This document shows positions 10,076 through 18,504 of a stretch of DNA of 64,000 bases, in pieces. Within the stretch, counting starts at the first letter, position 1. Each line of letters opens with the position of its first letter. Source of the DNA: Candidatus Latescibacterota bacterium (GTDB lineage: Bacteria; Latescibacterota; UBA2968; GCA-2709665); assembly GCA_963662665.2 (NCBI GenBank), contig CAXXJS010000037.1, positions 32,001 to 96,000 of the forward strand. Direction: 5' to 3'. The translations under genes were made by a program, and so were the position numbers. The notes beneath the pieces are model-generated. The model was given only the letters and a program-made list of their open reading frames with translations. It was not told where the DNA came from and searched no databases.

Positions 10076-12811
10076 ATGAGCGAAACAGAAAAGAAGCTCT
10101 ACCTGCTGGACGGAATGGCGCTGGTTTACAGGGCTCATTTTTCCATGATCCGCAACCCCCGCATGTCCTCCACCGGCCTGAATACTTCCACCGTATTCGT
10201 TCTGACCAACACCCTGCTGGATATTCTGAACAATGCGGACCCCACCCACATCGGCGTTGTCTTTGACACGCCCGAACCGACCCACCGCCACAAGATGTTT
10301 CCCGAATACAAGGCCCAGCGCGAGGCCATGCCCGAGGACCTCAGTACGGCGCTTCCTTATGTTTTCCGCCTGTGCGAAGCGTTCAACCTCCCGGTTGTCC
10401 GCGTTCCCGGATGGGAAGCCGACGACGTGATCGGTACGCTCGCCAGGCAGGCGGAAGAATCCGGCTTTAACACCTATATGGTGACGCCCGACAAGGACTA
10501 CGGTCAGCTGGTTTCGGACCGCACTTTTGTCTGTAAACCGGGGCGTACCGGCGACGTGGAAGTTCAGGGCGTCAAGGAAATTCTGGATAAATGGAAGATC
10601 GAACACGTGGACCAGGTGATAGACGTCCTGGGCCTGATGGGCGACAGTTCGGATAACGTGCCCGGTGTGCCGGGTGTGGGTGAAAAAACCGCCCAGAAAC
10701 TGATCGGAAAGTATGGAAGCATTGAAAACCTGCTCGACCACGTGGACGAACTCAAAGGAAAACAGAAGGAACGCGTCGAAGAAAACCGTGAACAGGCTCT
10801 ACTCTCGAAAGAACTGGTCACGATAGACCGCGACGTGACGCTGGACGTCAAACCTGACGACCTGGCGCGCACGGACTGGAACGAAGAAAAACTGAAATCT
10901 CTATTTATCGAACTCGAATTCAATACCTTGGGCCAGCGCTTGTTTGGTGAAGCGTTCACAGCGGGTCCCACGTCCGCCACCGACAATGGCACAGGCGAAG
11001 TCCGAACCATCGAAGACGTGGAACATGACTACAGACTAATGGACACTCAGGAATCCCGTCGCGAACTCATCGCCGCGTTGAGCGAGCAATGCGCGTTCTG
11101 TTTCGACGTCGAAACCACCGGCCTGAATTCCAAGACCTGTGAGCTGATCGGCCTGGCTTTCTCGTATGAGGCGTACAAGGGATTTTACGTACCCCTTCCC
11201 CAGGTTCGGGACGAAGCGCTCGCGATTCTGGAAGCGTTTCGCCCGATTCTGGAAAATCCTGGAATTGAAAAAATCGGCCACCATCTGAAGTTCGATCTCA
11301 GCGTATTGCGCTGGAAGGGCTTCCGAGTTAATGGACCGCTGTTCGATACCATGCTTGCGGCCTATCTGGCCACGCCGGATCTCCGCCGCACCATGGACTA
11401 TCTTTCGGAAGCGCTGCTGGGATACCATCCCATTCCGATTTCGGATCTCATCGGTGAAAAGGGCGAGGACCAGCTGAGCCTGACGGACGTGCCGCTGGAT
11501 CAAGTAACGACCTACGCGGCGGAGGATGCGGACATTACCCTTCAGTTGAGCGAAGTCCTGAGATCCAGGCTTGAAGAAATGGGCCAGGTGCGGGTGTTCA
11601 GGGACGTGGAATGCCCGCTCATTCCTGCCCTTGTGGAAATGGAACACGAAGGCATCCGATGTGAAGCCGGCGTGCTTCGAGACCTGTCAGAAGGGCTTTC
11701 CGGTGAAATCGAACGCGCCAGGGAGGATATCTTCCAACTGGCGGGAGAGCACTTCGATCTCAACTCCCCGAGACAGTTGGGGGACATCCTCTTCGACAAA
11801 CTGAAACTCGATCCGAATGCGCGGCGCACAGCGAGGACCAAACAGTACCAGACCACGGAACAGGTTCTGCGACGGCTGGCGTACAAACATGAAATCGTGG
11901 AAAAGGTGATGTTCTACCGCATGTGCGCGAAATTGAAATCGACGTACGTCGACCAATTGCCCGGATCGATTTTCAAACCCACGGGCCGCGTCCATACAAA
12001 CTACGAAGCGGCGGTTGCCGCCACGGGCCGGCTGCAGTCTCACGGACCGAACATGCAGAATATCCCCATTCGAACCGAAATGGGCCGGGAAATCCGAAAA
12101 GCGTTTGTGTCTAGAGACGAAGACCATGTGCTGCTTGCCGCCGACTATTCGCAGATCGAACTCCGGGTGGCGGCCGAACTCAGCGGAGACGAAGCCCTTA
12201 CGGAAGTTTTCAGACAAGGCGGCGATATCCATACCGCGACCGCTGAAAGAATCTACGGCATCGAAGGGGCAACCGAAGATATGCGGCGACACGCGAAGAC
12301 CGTCAACTTCGGTATCATCTACGGGATCTCGGCGTTCGGCCTCGCCGATCGCCTGGACATTTCGCGCAAGCAGGCCGCGGAGCTCATCACCCACTACTTC
12401 GATCAGTTTCCGGGCATTCGTACCTACATGGACGAGACCATCGAGTTCGCCCGGGAAAACGGTTACGTGGAAACGGTCACCGGCCGCCGCCGCTATCTGC
12501 GCGACATCAACTCCCGAAACGCCACCACACGCAAGGGAGAAGAGCGAAACGCCATCAACTCACGTATTCAGGGCACGGCTGCGGATATGATTAAAATCGC
12601 GATGGGCCATATCCATCGCGAGATTCTGGAACGCGGACTCAGATCGCGAATGCTCCTGCAGGTACACGACGAACTGGTTTTCGATATGCACAAAGACGAA
12701 GCGGACGTCCTCCCGGGCATTGTGGAGAACGGGATGAAGACCGCCATTCCGATGCAGGTCCCCATCGTCGTGGAGATGGGTACGGGGTCCAACTGGCTGG
12801 ACGCGCACTGA
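10076..12811 (+). CDS. polA: DNA polymerase I
   Basis: 5'-3' exonuclease LLDGMALVYRAH, 3'-5' exonuclease FDVETTG, polymerase motifs ADYSQIELR, AKTVNFGIIYG, LLQVHDEL. Confidence 0.98.
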   Translation: MSETEKKLYLLDGMALVYRAHFSMIRNPRMSSTGLNTSTVFVLTNTLLDILNNADPTHIGVVFDTPEPTHRHKMFPEYKAQREAMPEDLSTALPYVFRLCEAFNLPVVRVPGWEADDVIGTLARQAEESGFNTYMVTPDKDYGQLVSDRTFVCKPGRTGDVEVQGVKEILDKWKIEHVDQVIDVLGLMGDSSDNVPGVPGVGEKTAQKLIGKYGSIENLLDHVDELKGKQKERVEENREQALLSKELVTIDRDVTLDVKPDDLARTDWNEEKLKSLFIELEFNTLGQRLFGEAFTAGPTSATDNGTGEVRTIEDVEHDYRLMDTQESRRELIAALSEQCAFCFDVETTGLNSKTCELIGLAFSYEAYKGFYVPLPQVRDEALAILEAFRPILENPGIEKIGHHLKFDLSVLRWKGFRVNGPLFDTMLAAYLATPDLRRTMDYLSEALLGYHPIPISDLIGEKGEDQLSLTDVPLDQVTTYAAEDADITLQLSEVLRSRLEEMGQVRVFRDVECPLIPALVEMEHEGIRCEAGVLRDLSEGLSGEIERAREDIFQLAGEHFDLNSPRQLGDILFDKLKLDPNARRTARTKQYQTTEQVLRRLAYKHEIVEKVMFYRMCAKLKSTYVDQLPGSIFKPTGRVHTNYEAAVAATGRLQSHGPNMQNIPIRTEMGREIRKAFVSRDEDHVLLAADYSQIELRVAAELSGDEALTEVFRQGGDIHTATAERIYGIEGATEDMRRHAKTVNFGIIYGISAFGLADRLDISRKQAAELITHYFDQFPGIRTYMDETIEFARENGYVETVTGRRRYLRDINSRNATTRKGEERNAINSRIQGTAADMIKIAMGHIHREILERGLRSRMLLQVHDELVFDMHKDEADVLPGIVENGMKTAIPMQVPIVVEMGTGSNWLDAH

Positions 12812-13091
12812 CCTGGCGAAGCGCCCGTGTCAGGTTGTCGGCACGGCAACGCACCGATCAGACACCGGCGCATGCACGTTCTGCAGGCTGCCGGTTGACA
12901 CCGGCTGTTTTTGGTTTAGATTTCCTATTGAGAACAAACGTAGTGGAGAAGCGGCCCCGGCCCGGGTCATTGCGACGAAGAGCCATTCGAACAGGCATAC
13001 GGCAACGGATCGGGGACAGGGGACCGAAGGCGGCGAAGATTCGGCCGGGTCTCCTTCACGACGCCTTTCAACTCGAGATCAGGTAAATTTC

Positions 13092-14321
13092 ATGAAGCCC
13101 ATCGCCTACATTGCCCTATTGGGCTGTCTCCTGTGCCTCACCGCGGTCTGTTCAGACGTGAACCCGGCAAATGCACAGGAAACGCCGGCAACCGCCGGCG
13201 ACGTCACGGACCCTGCATCCCTTCGGGCGTTCGTGGAATACGCGAAAGCGCAACTGGATGACATCGCCGACGCCGCCGAACTGGCCGTCCTTTGGGGCAG
13301 CATGCGCCTCGAGGGAGACTGGAAGTCAGGGAATACCTACCTGATCGTTCTCAACAGCCGGGGGTCGGTGCTGTTCCACGCCGATCAGCCCGACGCCGAG
13401 GGAAATACCCTCCGGGGCATTGTCGACGCCAGGAGAGACAGCATTGGAAAGAATCTCCTCACGGAAGCAGCTGCCGGGGGCGGTTTTGTCGGGTACTATT
13501 GGGACGATCCCAACGTTGAGGGCGACGATGGCGGCCACCCCAAGGTGGCCTATGCCACGCAGTTTTTCTCGGAGCTAACCGACGAAAACTATATTCTGGT
13601 CGGCGGGTTTTACCAGGACCTGTCGAATCTGCCCGCCGGTGATCCCGTTTCCGTACCCCGCCCCGACGTCACGGCCGGCGAGGTGGTGGACCGCGAGACC
13701 CTGAAGGCCTTTGTCGAAAGCGCCCTCAAGGCCTTTTCCGTTGCGCTTGAGCGAATCGGACTGGAGAAGCTTACGACCATTCAGGAGGTCTTCAGAGTCG
13801 AAGGCGGGCACTGGAAGCACGGCTCGATCTATGCCTTCGTTTTTACAACCGGCGGGTACCTGGTCTTTCACGGGGCGGAACCCGAGCGCGAGGGGAGAGT
13901 CATCAACGTGGATGTTGAAGACGCCAACGGCGTCAAGATCGTACAGGAAATCATGAAAGCTGCGCGGGAAGGCGGTGGCTACGTCGAGTACGTGTGGGAC
14001 GATCCGACGGTTGATGAGGACGGAGACGGCGAGTTGCTGGGCGATACGGTGGGCTCATTCAAGGTGAGTTACGCGCTGCTCCACACCCATCTCGGCGAAG
14101 AATACATTATTGGCGCCGGCATCTACCGGCGCGGGCCCGACTTCGACGAGGACGGTGCGGTGGGTTTCGGCGACTTTCTTCTGTTTGCCAGGCATTTCGG
14201 GTTGAACAGGAACGACGCGGATTTCGACGGTCTGTACGATCTCAATAGCGATGGCGAAATCGGGTTTCGGGATTTCGTGCTCTTTGCGGCGGACTTCGGC
14301 AAACGGGTACGGTCGAATTGA
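13092..14321 (+). CDS. Secreted protein with two single-Cache-like domains and a C-terminal dockerin-like (paired Ca-loop) module
   Basis: Signal peptide; duplicated unit LKAFVE..GxWKxGxxY..VxFH..DAxG..AAxxGGG(F/Y)VxYxWDDP..KVxYA..YIxxxG; C-terminal DFDEDGAVGFGDFLLFA..DLNSDGEIGFRDFVLFA. Confidence 0.75.
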   Translation: MKPIAYIALLGCLLCLTAVCSDVNPANAQETPATAGDVTDPASLRAFVEYAKAQLDDIADAAELAVLWGSMRLEGDWKSGNTYLIVLNSRGSVLFHADQPDAEGNTLRGIVDARRDSIGKNLLTEAAAGGGFVGYYWDDPNVEGDDGGHPKVAYATQFFSELTDENYILVGGFYQDLSNLPAGDPVSVPRPDVTAGEVVDRETLKAFVESALKAFSVALERIGLEKLTTIQEVFRVEGGHWKHGSIYAFVFTTGGYLVFHGAEPEREGRVINVDVEDANGVKIVQEIMKAAREGGGYVEYVWDDPTVDEDGDGELLGDTVGSFKVSYALLHTHLGEEYIIGAGIYRRGPDFDEDGAVGFGDFLLFARHFGLNRNDADFDGLYDLNSDGEIGFRDFVLFAADFGKRVRSN

Positions 14322-14495
14322 CGGCCTGTTTGACCGCGGGTTGTTGCGGCGGTGCTGAGCAAGAAAAAAAGGGAGGCGGCGAAGGACAGATTCACGGATT
14401 GGAAAGTGGCGACGCGAAGGGCGAATCGTATCGCCGTTTCGTCATTTGATCCCGGAACTGCCGTAAAATAAAACGGTCGGGTATTTAACACGCAT

Positions 14496-14532
14496 AAAAA
14501 GAAGGGCCGTGTGACTCACACGGCCCTTCTTT
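14496..14532. terminator. bidirectional intrinsic terminator between convergent genes
   Basis: AAAAAGAAGGGCCGTGTG-ACT-CACACGGCCCTTCTTT perfect stem. Confidence 0.85.
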
Positions 14533-14574
14533 CGTTGGTGATAGTGGAGCAGAGAATCCCCGAAACCATGGCTC

Positions 14575-16932
14575 TCAGTTTACCGTAAAGGTGTTCTCGC
14601 TGGCGTACGTTCCCCTTTCACCGTCAATCGTTATCTCGGCGACCATCCGGTATTCCCCGGCGCTGGTTGTCGAGTAGGGGCACAGCCCCACGCGCAGCGT
14701 TCGTTCAATATCGGCCCATGAATCGCCCTCTCTACGTTGCCACTTCGACGTGTGTGTCGTGTACGCCGAACCCTCAATGGATATGCCAATCAGCGTGATG
14801 CATTGCTCGGTTGTGGATAGTGCCAGGAATTGAACCCCTCCGTCCGACACCAGAAGCCCGGCCAGCGGTTGAATTTCCACGGGCATGGTTGTGGCTTCCT
14901 CGCAGTTTTCTCCGGTGGTTCGGTCGATGCCCTCCAGCCACAACTGAAAGCCCTCGTCAAGAGGCGCGCACAGCCCGGTGGCGTGAAACTGGATATCTTC
15001 CATGCCGTTCAGATTGGTCAGGCTGAACGGCAGCGCGCCCTTCAGGTCCGCATTATCGTTGACCCACAACTGGGCGAGGTCGGACAGGTTTCCAATGGAT
15101 TCAGGCAGTTCGCCGCTCAACGTATTCTCGGACAGGTCCAGCCATACCAGGGTGGACAATCTGCCCAATTCCGAGGGAATCGGTCCGGTCAGCTTGTTGG
15201 CGGCGATCCAGGCCACTTCCAGGGAGGCCATATCGGCCAGCGAACCCGGTATCTCGCCGGTCAGTTCATTCTTGTCTAGTTCCAGCCACCTGAGTTCGTC
15301 GAGGGCGCCGAACTCGGACGGAATCTCGCCCGTCAGCTTATTTTCGTTAAGCCTGAGCACTTCAAGGACGGCAATATCGGCCAATGTGGGTGGAATGGCT
15401 CCGGACAGGTCGTTTTCGTTAAGGTAGAGCCGTTGGAGGTGGGGCAGGTTGCCAAGCGCCCCGGGAATCTCACCGGACAGTCTATTCGAGCTTAGCCAAA
15501 TCATATTCACGTTGGTCATGTCGCCCAGTTCGGCCGGTATGGCGCCGGACAGTTGGTTTTCCGAGATATCCAGAAATAACAGGTTCGTCAGCTTGCCAAA
15601 TTCCGCGGGTATCTCGCCACTCAACGCATTCTTCCAAATCCACAGGATCTTGAGATTGGACAGATTTCCCAGTTCGGCAGGCATCTCACCGCTCAACTCG
15701 TTTTCGTCGAAATTCAGCCAGCGCAGTTCAGAAAGGTCTCCAAGTTGCGCGGGTATGGTTCCGCTCAACTGGTTGGCGTTGAGCGCCAGCCATCTGAGAC
15801 TGGACAGGTTTCCCAGTTCGGCGGGTATCTCACCGCTCAACGCGTTCCGGTGCAGATAGAGCGCTTCATTACGGGTAAGACTCCCCAATTCATGTGGAAT
15901 GGGACCGGAAATGCCATTCCGTTGAAGGTAGAGCCGTCTGAGATGCGAAAGGCTGCCCAGTTCAGAGGGGATTTCACCGGTCAGATTGTTCTCGCTCAGG
16001 CTTACTACCGAAACGCGACCGTCGAATGTGATGACGCCATGCCACGTGGAAACGTGTTTGTCGGTCAGCCAGTTGGTCCGTTCATTCCAGCTGTCTCCAC
16101 CCGTCGACCTGTATAGCGCCACCAGGGCGTCACGTTCCGCTGGGTCCACAAGCGGGGCGGGCGGCGGGAGTTCCTTTCCGAACTGAGCGGCGAATTCGAG
16201 AAAATCGCCGAGACCGACCGTCCCGTCGCCATCCAGGTCGAACCGTCCGTCGAAGGAATCCTCCTCCCGCTGAGCGCCGAAATTGCTCGCGAGCAGCAGA
16301 AAGTCGGAAAATAAGACAGTACCGTCGCCGTCGAAGTCGGCACGGTGTACGTCAAGGCCGGGAGACGGGGCCGCCGTACTGTCCTGCAGGGAAAGATCGA
16401 CGTCGAACGACGCGGTTTTCTCCCGGTATCGCCCGAGTTGAATGTCACCCCGGGCCAAACGGATCGTTGTGCTCGAAAAAGACTCGGACGTTCGAAAACG
16501 TATGGTGCCCACAAGGCCGTCTCTGGGCGTGGTGCGGCTCGCAAACGGCCAGACCGAAACCTCCACGGACTTCGGATGCGTTTCTTCCTTCGTCGTCGCC
16601 ACGGCATGGGTCATGATTCCGCCAACGTCGAACCTGTCGAAGAGGACCTGCCGAGCGTCGTATTCGAAGCGCATGGACACGACGGTCGCCCCCTGGATGT
16701 CATCGCCGAAGACCTGTATGGAAACGACGTCCCCGGCGGAGACTTCAAGTGACGTCGCGCCCTGATCGCCCTCCGCGCCATCCAGATCGGGAGAAAGCGA
16801 AAACAGACTCTGGGAAGAAACCGGCTGCGGGCCAATCCACAGGGCAATGGAAATGGTGACAGAGATCAGCAGCGCCGCCCCGCGGAAGTATCGGGCGGAC
16901 CAAAGCGATGGAGGAGTTCTCGATTCAGGCAT
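14575..16932 (-). CDS. Secreted cohesin-like + dockerin-like + plant-type LRR protein
   Basis: Signal peptide; beta-rich N-domain (VSIQVFG..FEYDARQV..LVGTIRFRT); ADFDGDGTVLFSDFLLL..DLDGDGTVGLGDFLEF; cap ERDALVALY..W..TNW..WHGV; about 14 24-aa repeats LxLxxNxLSGEIPxELGxL. Confidence 0.85.
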   Translation of the reverse strand: MPESRTPPSLWSARYFRGAALLISVTISIALWIGPQPVSSQSLFSLSPDLDGAEGDQGATSLEVSAGDVVSIQVFGDDIQGATVVSMRFEYDARQVLFDRFDVGGIMTHAVATTKEETHPKSVEVSVWPFASRTTPRDGLVGTIRFRTSESFSSTTIRLARGDIQLGRYREKTASFDVDLSLQDSTAAPSPGLDVHRADFDGDGTVLFSDFLLLASNFGAQREEDSFDGRFDLDGDGTVGLGDFLEFAAQFGKELPPPAPLVDPAERDALVALYRSTGGDSWNERTNWLTDKHVSTWHGVITFDGRVSVVSLSENNLTGEIPSELGSLSHLRRLYLQRNGISGPIPHELGSLTRNEALYLHRNALSGEIPAELGNLSSLRWLALNANQLSGTIPAQLGDLSELRWLNFDENELSGEMPAELGNLSNLKILWIWKNALSGEIPAEFGKLTNLLFLDISENQLSGAIPAELGDMTNVNMIWLSSNRLSGEIPGALGNLPHLQRLYLNENDLSGAIPPTLADIAVLEVLRLNENKLTGEIPSEFGALDELRWLELDKNELTGEIPGSLADMASLEVAWIAANKLTGPIPSELGRLSTLVWLDLSENTLSGELPESIGNLSDLAQLWVNDNADLKGALPFSLTNLNGMEDIQFHATGLCAPLDEGFQLWLEGIDRTTGENCEEATTMPVEIQPLAGLLVSDGGVQFLALSTTEQCITLIGISIEGSAYTTHTSKWQRREGDSWADIERTLRVGLCPYSTTSAGEYRMVAEITIDGERGTYASENTFTVN

Positions 16933-17189
16933 CGGGTTCTTTCTCCCTATTTGGTGCAGGAGTTCTCATTTTCCAGATATTATAAAACATAATTAAATAC
17001 TCTGATTTCAACAAGGGTATCGCGGGTCGTATTTATGTATCCCAGGTTTGCGCATGTGCGGCGCACAATTGACGGCCGTCAGCCAACTTTAGGACAATAG
17101 AAGGCCGCTCCATCGTCGCATTCATCGCGGAGACCCACACGTCCCTTCGACTTCCAGCGGTCTCAGTATTCACTGCTTAGTCGAATTAT

Positions 17190-17230
17190 ACAACATAAAC
17201 GTTGACAACAGAATTGTTGTATGATATATT
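17190..17230 (+). promoter_or_regulatory. sigma70 promoter overlapped by tandem palindromes (putative operator)
   Basis: TTGACA 17202-17207, 17 bp, TATATT 17225-17230; ACAACA-GAAT-TGTTGT at 17205-17220 and ACAACA-TAAA-CGTTGA at 17190-17205. Confidence 0.65.
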
Positions 17231-17262
17231 TGCCTCCTATTCATCAAAAAAGGAGCGTACTA

Positions 17263-18504
17263 ATGAACTCATCCACGGGCCGCTGGGTTTGCGGCGATGA
17301 CTTTTTCAACCGTGATCGTGAATTGAAGATTCTGGAAACACTGGTCCGAGACGGAAACCACGTGCTGTTGACCGGACAGCGGAGGATGGGAAAGACCAGT
17401 ATCGTCAGGGAACTCGGTCGCCTACTCGAAGCCGACGGTTGGATCTTTCTCTTTGCCGATGTTGAAGGAGCGGCATCTCCAGAGGATGCGATTACTGAGA
17501 TTGCGAGGGCCGTGCTCCCCGTTCGTCCGGTAGCTGCCCGTTTTGCCGTTGGAATGAAGCGTTTCTTGACTGAAAGCTTAGAGGAAATCAACGCGCTCGA
17601 ATTTGCCGTGAAAATCCGTGCAGGGCTGAACGCCGGCAATTGGAAGCATCATGGTGAGCAGATGTTTAGTGTATGCGCCGAGCAGGACAGGCCGGTGCTC
17701 CTGGTCGTCGACGAACTACCCATATTTCTCAAACGAATGCTCCAAGCCGACGGCAACGCACGTCGTGTGGACGAATTCCTGAGTTGGATGCGCGGAGAAT
17801 TACAGATTCTTGAAGAAGGCGCTCCAGTTCTCATTGTGTCCGGCAGTATCGGTCTCGAACCACTCGTGCGGAGGCTCGGAATACCCGACCGCATCAACCA
17901 TTTCTATCCGTATCGGCTCGCGCCATGGGACCGTGCAACAAGCGTGAAGTGCTTCAACCGCCTTGCGGAAAGTTACAAGTTACCCCTGGAGGACGGAGTG
18001 GCCGATGCAGTGTATACTGCACTCGGGATCGGCATCCCCCACCACGTTCAATCATTCTTCACGCGTCTGCGGGAATTCGCCACCATGCACGAACGTAAAA
18101 GGGTGACGGTGAAAGACGTGGACCAGGTCTATCATAACTCACTCCTGGGACCTTCCGGCCAAAGCGACCTCGTGCACTACGAGACGCGCCTCATGGATGT
18201 GCTGGAAGATGAGAGCTACTCTATTGCGATGGAGATTCTCGCCGAAGCGGCGGTTGAGGGAGTGTTCACACCAGACGCGTATAGCTGTCTTGGCCAAATG
18301 TATTCCAGGCTCGTAAATGATGCACCTGCACGCATCGCCGATGTTCTTGATGTCCTGGAACACGACGGGTATCTCAAAGGCAGTGCCGACGGCCACCGTT
18401 TTGAGTCGCGTGTGCTCAAGGACTGGTGGGCATCCCGATTCAGAGATCACCATATCCCGATCCTGCGCCGCGAAGACAAAAGAGATTCAAAGGAGGCAGT
18501 GTAA
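17263..18504 (+). CDS. P-loop ATPase (archaeal-ATPase/STAND-like), 413 aa
   Basis: FFNRDREL, Walker A GQRRMGKTS, Walker B LLVVDE, SGSIG, GIPHHVQ; RBS AGGAG at 17251. Confidence 0.85.
   Translation: MNSSTGRWVCGDDFFNRDRELKILETLVRDGNHVLLTGQRRMGKTSIVRELGRLLEADGWIFLFADVEGAASPEDAITEIARAVLPVRPVAARFAVGMKRFLTESLEEINALEFAVKIRAGLNAGNWKHHGEQMFSVCAEQDRPVLLVVDELPIFLKRMLQADGNARRVDEFLSWMRGELQILEEGAPVLIVSGSIGLEPLVRRLGIPDRINHFYPYRLAPWDRATSVKCFNRLAESYKLPLEDGVADAVYTALGIGIPHHVQSFFTRLREFATMHERKRVTVKDVDQVYHNSLLGPSGQSDLVHYETRLMDVLEDESYSIAMEILAEAAVEGVFTPDAYSCLGQMYSRLVNDAPARIADVLDVLEHDGYLKGSADGHRFESRVLKDWWASRFRDHHIPILRREDKRDSKEAV

Noticed and set aside
15000-16000. 72-bp periodic DNA repeats (possible array)
   Set aside because: Explained by LRR coding repeats; there are no constant repeats with unique spacers.
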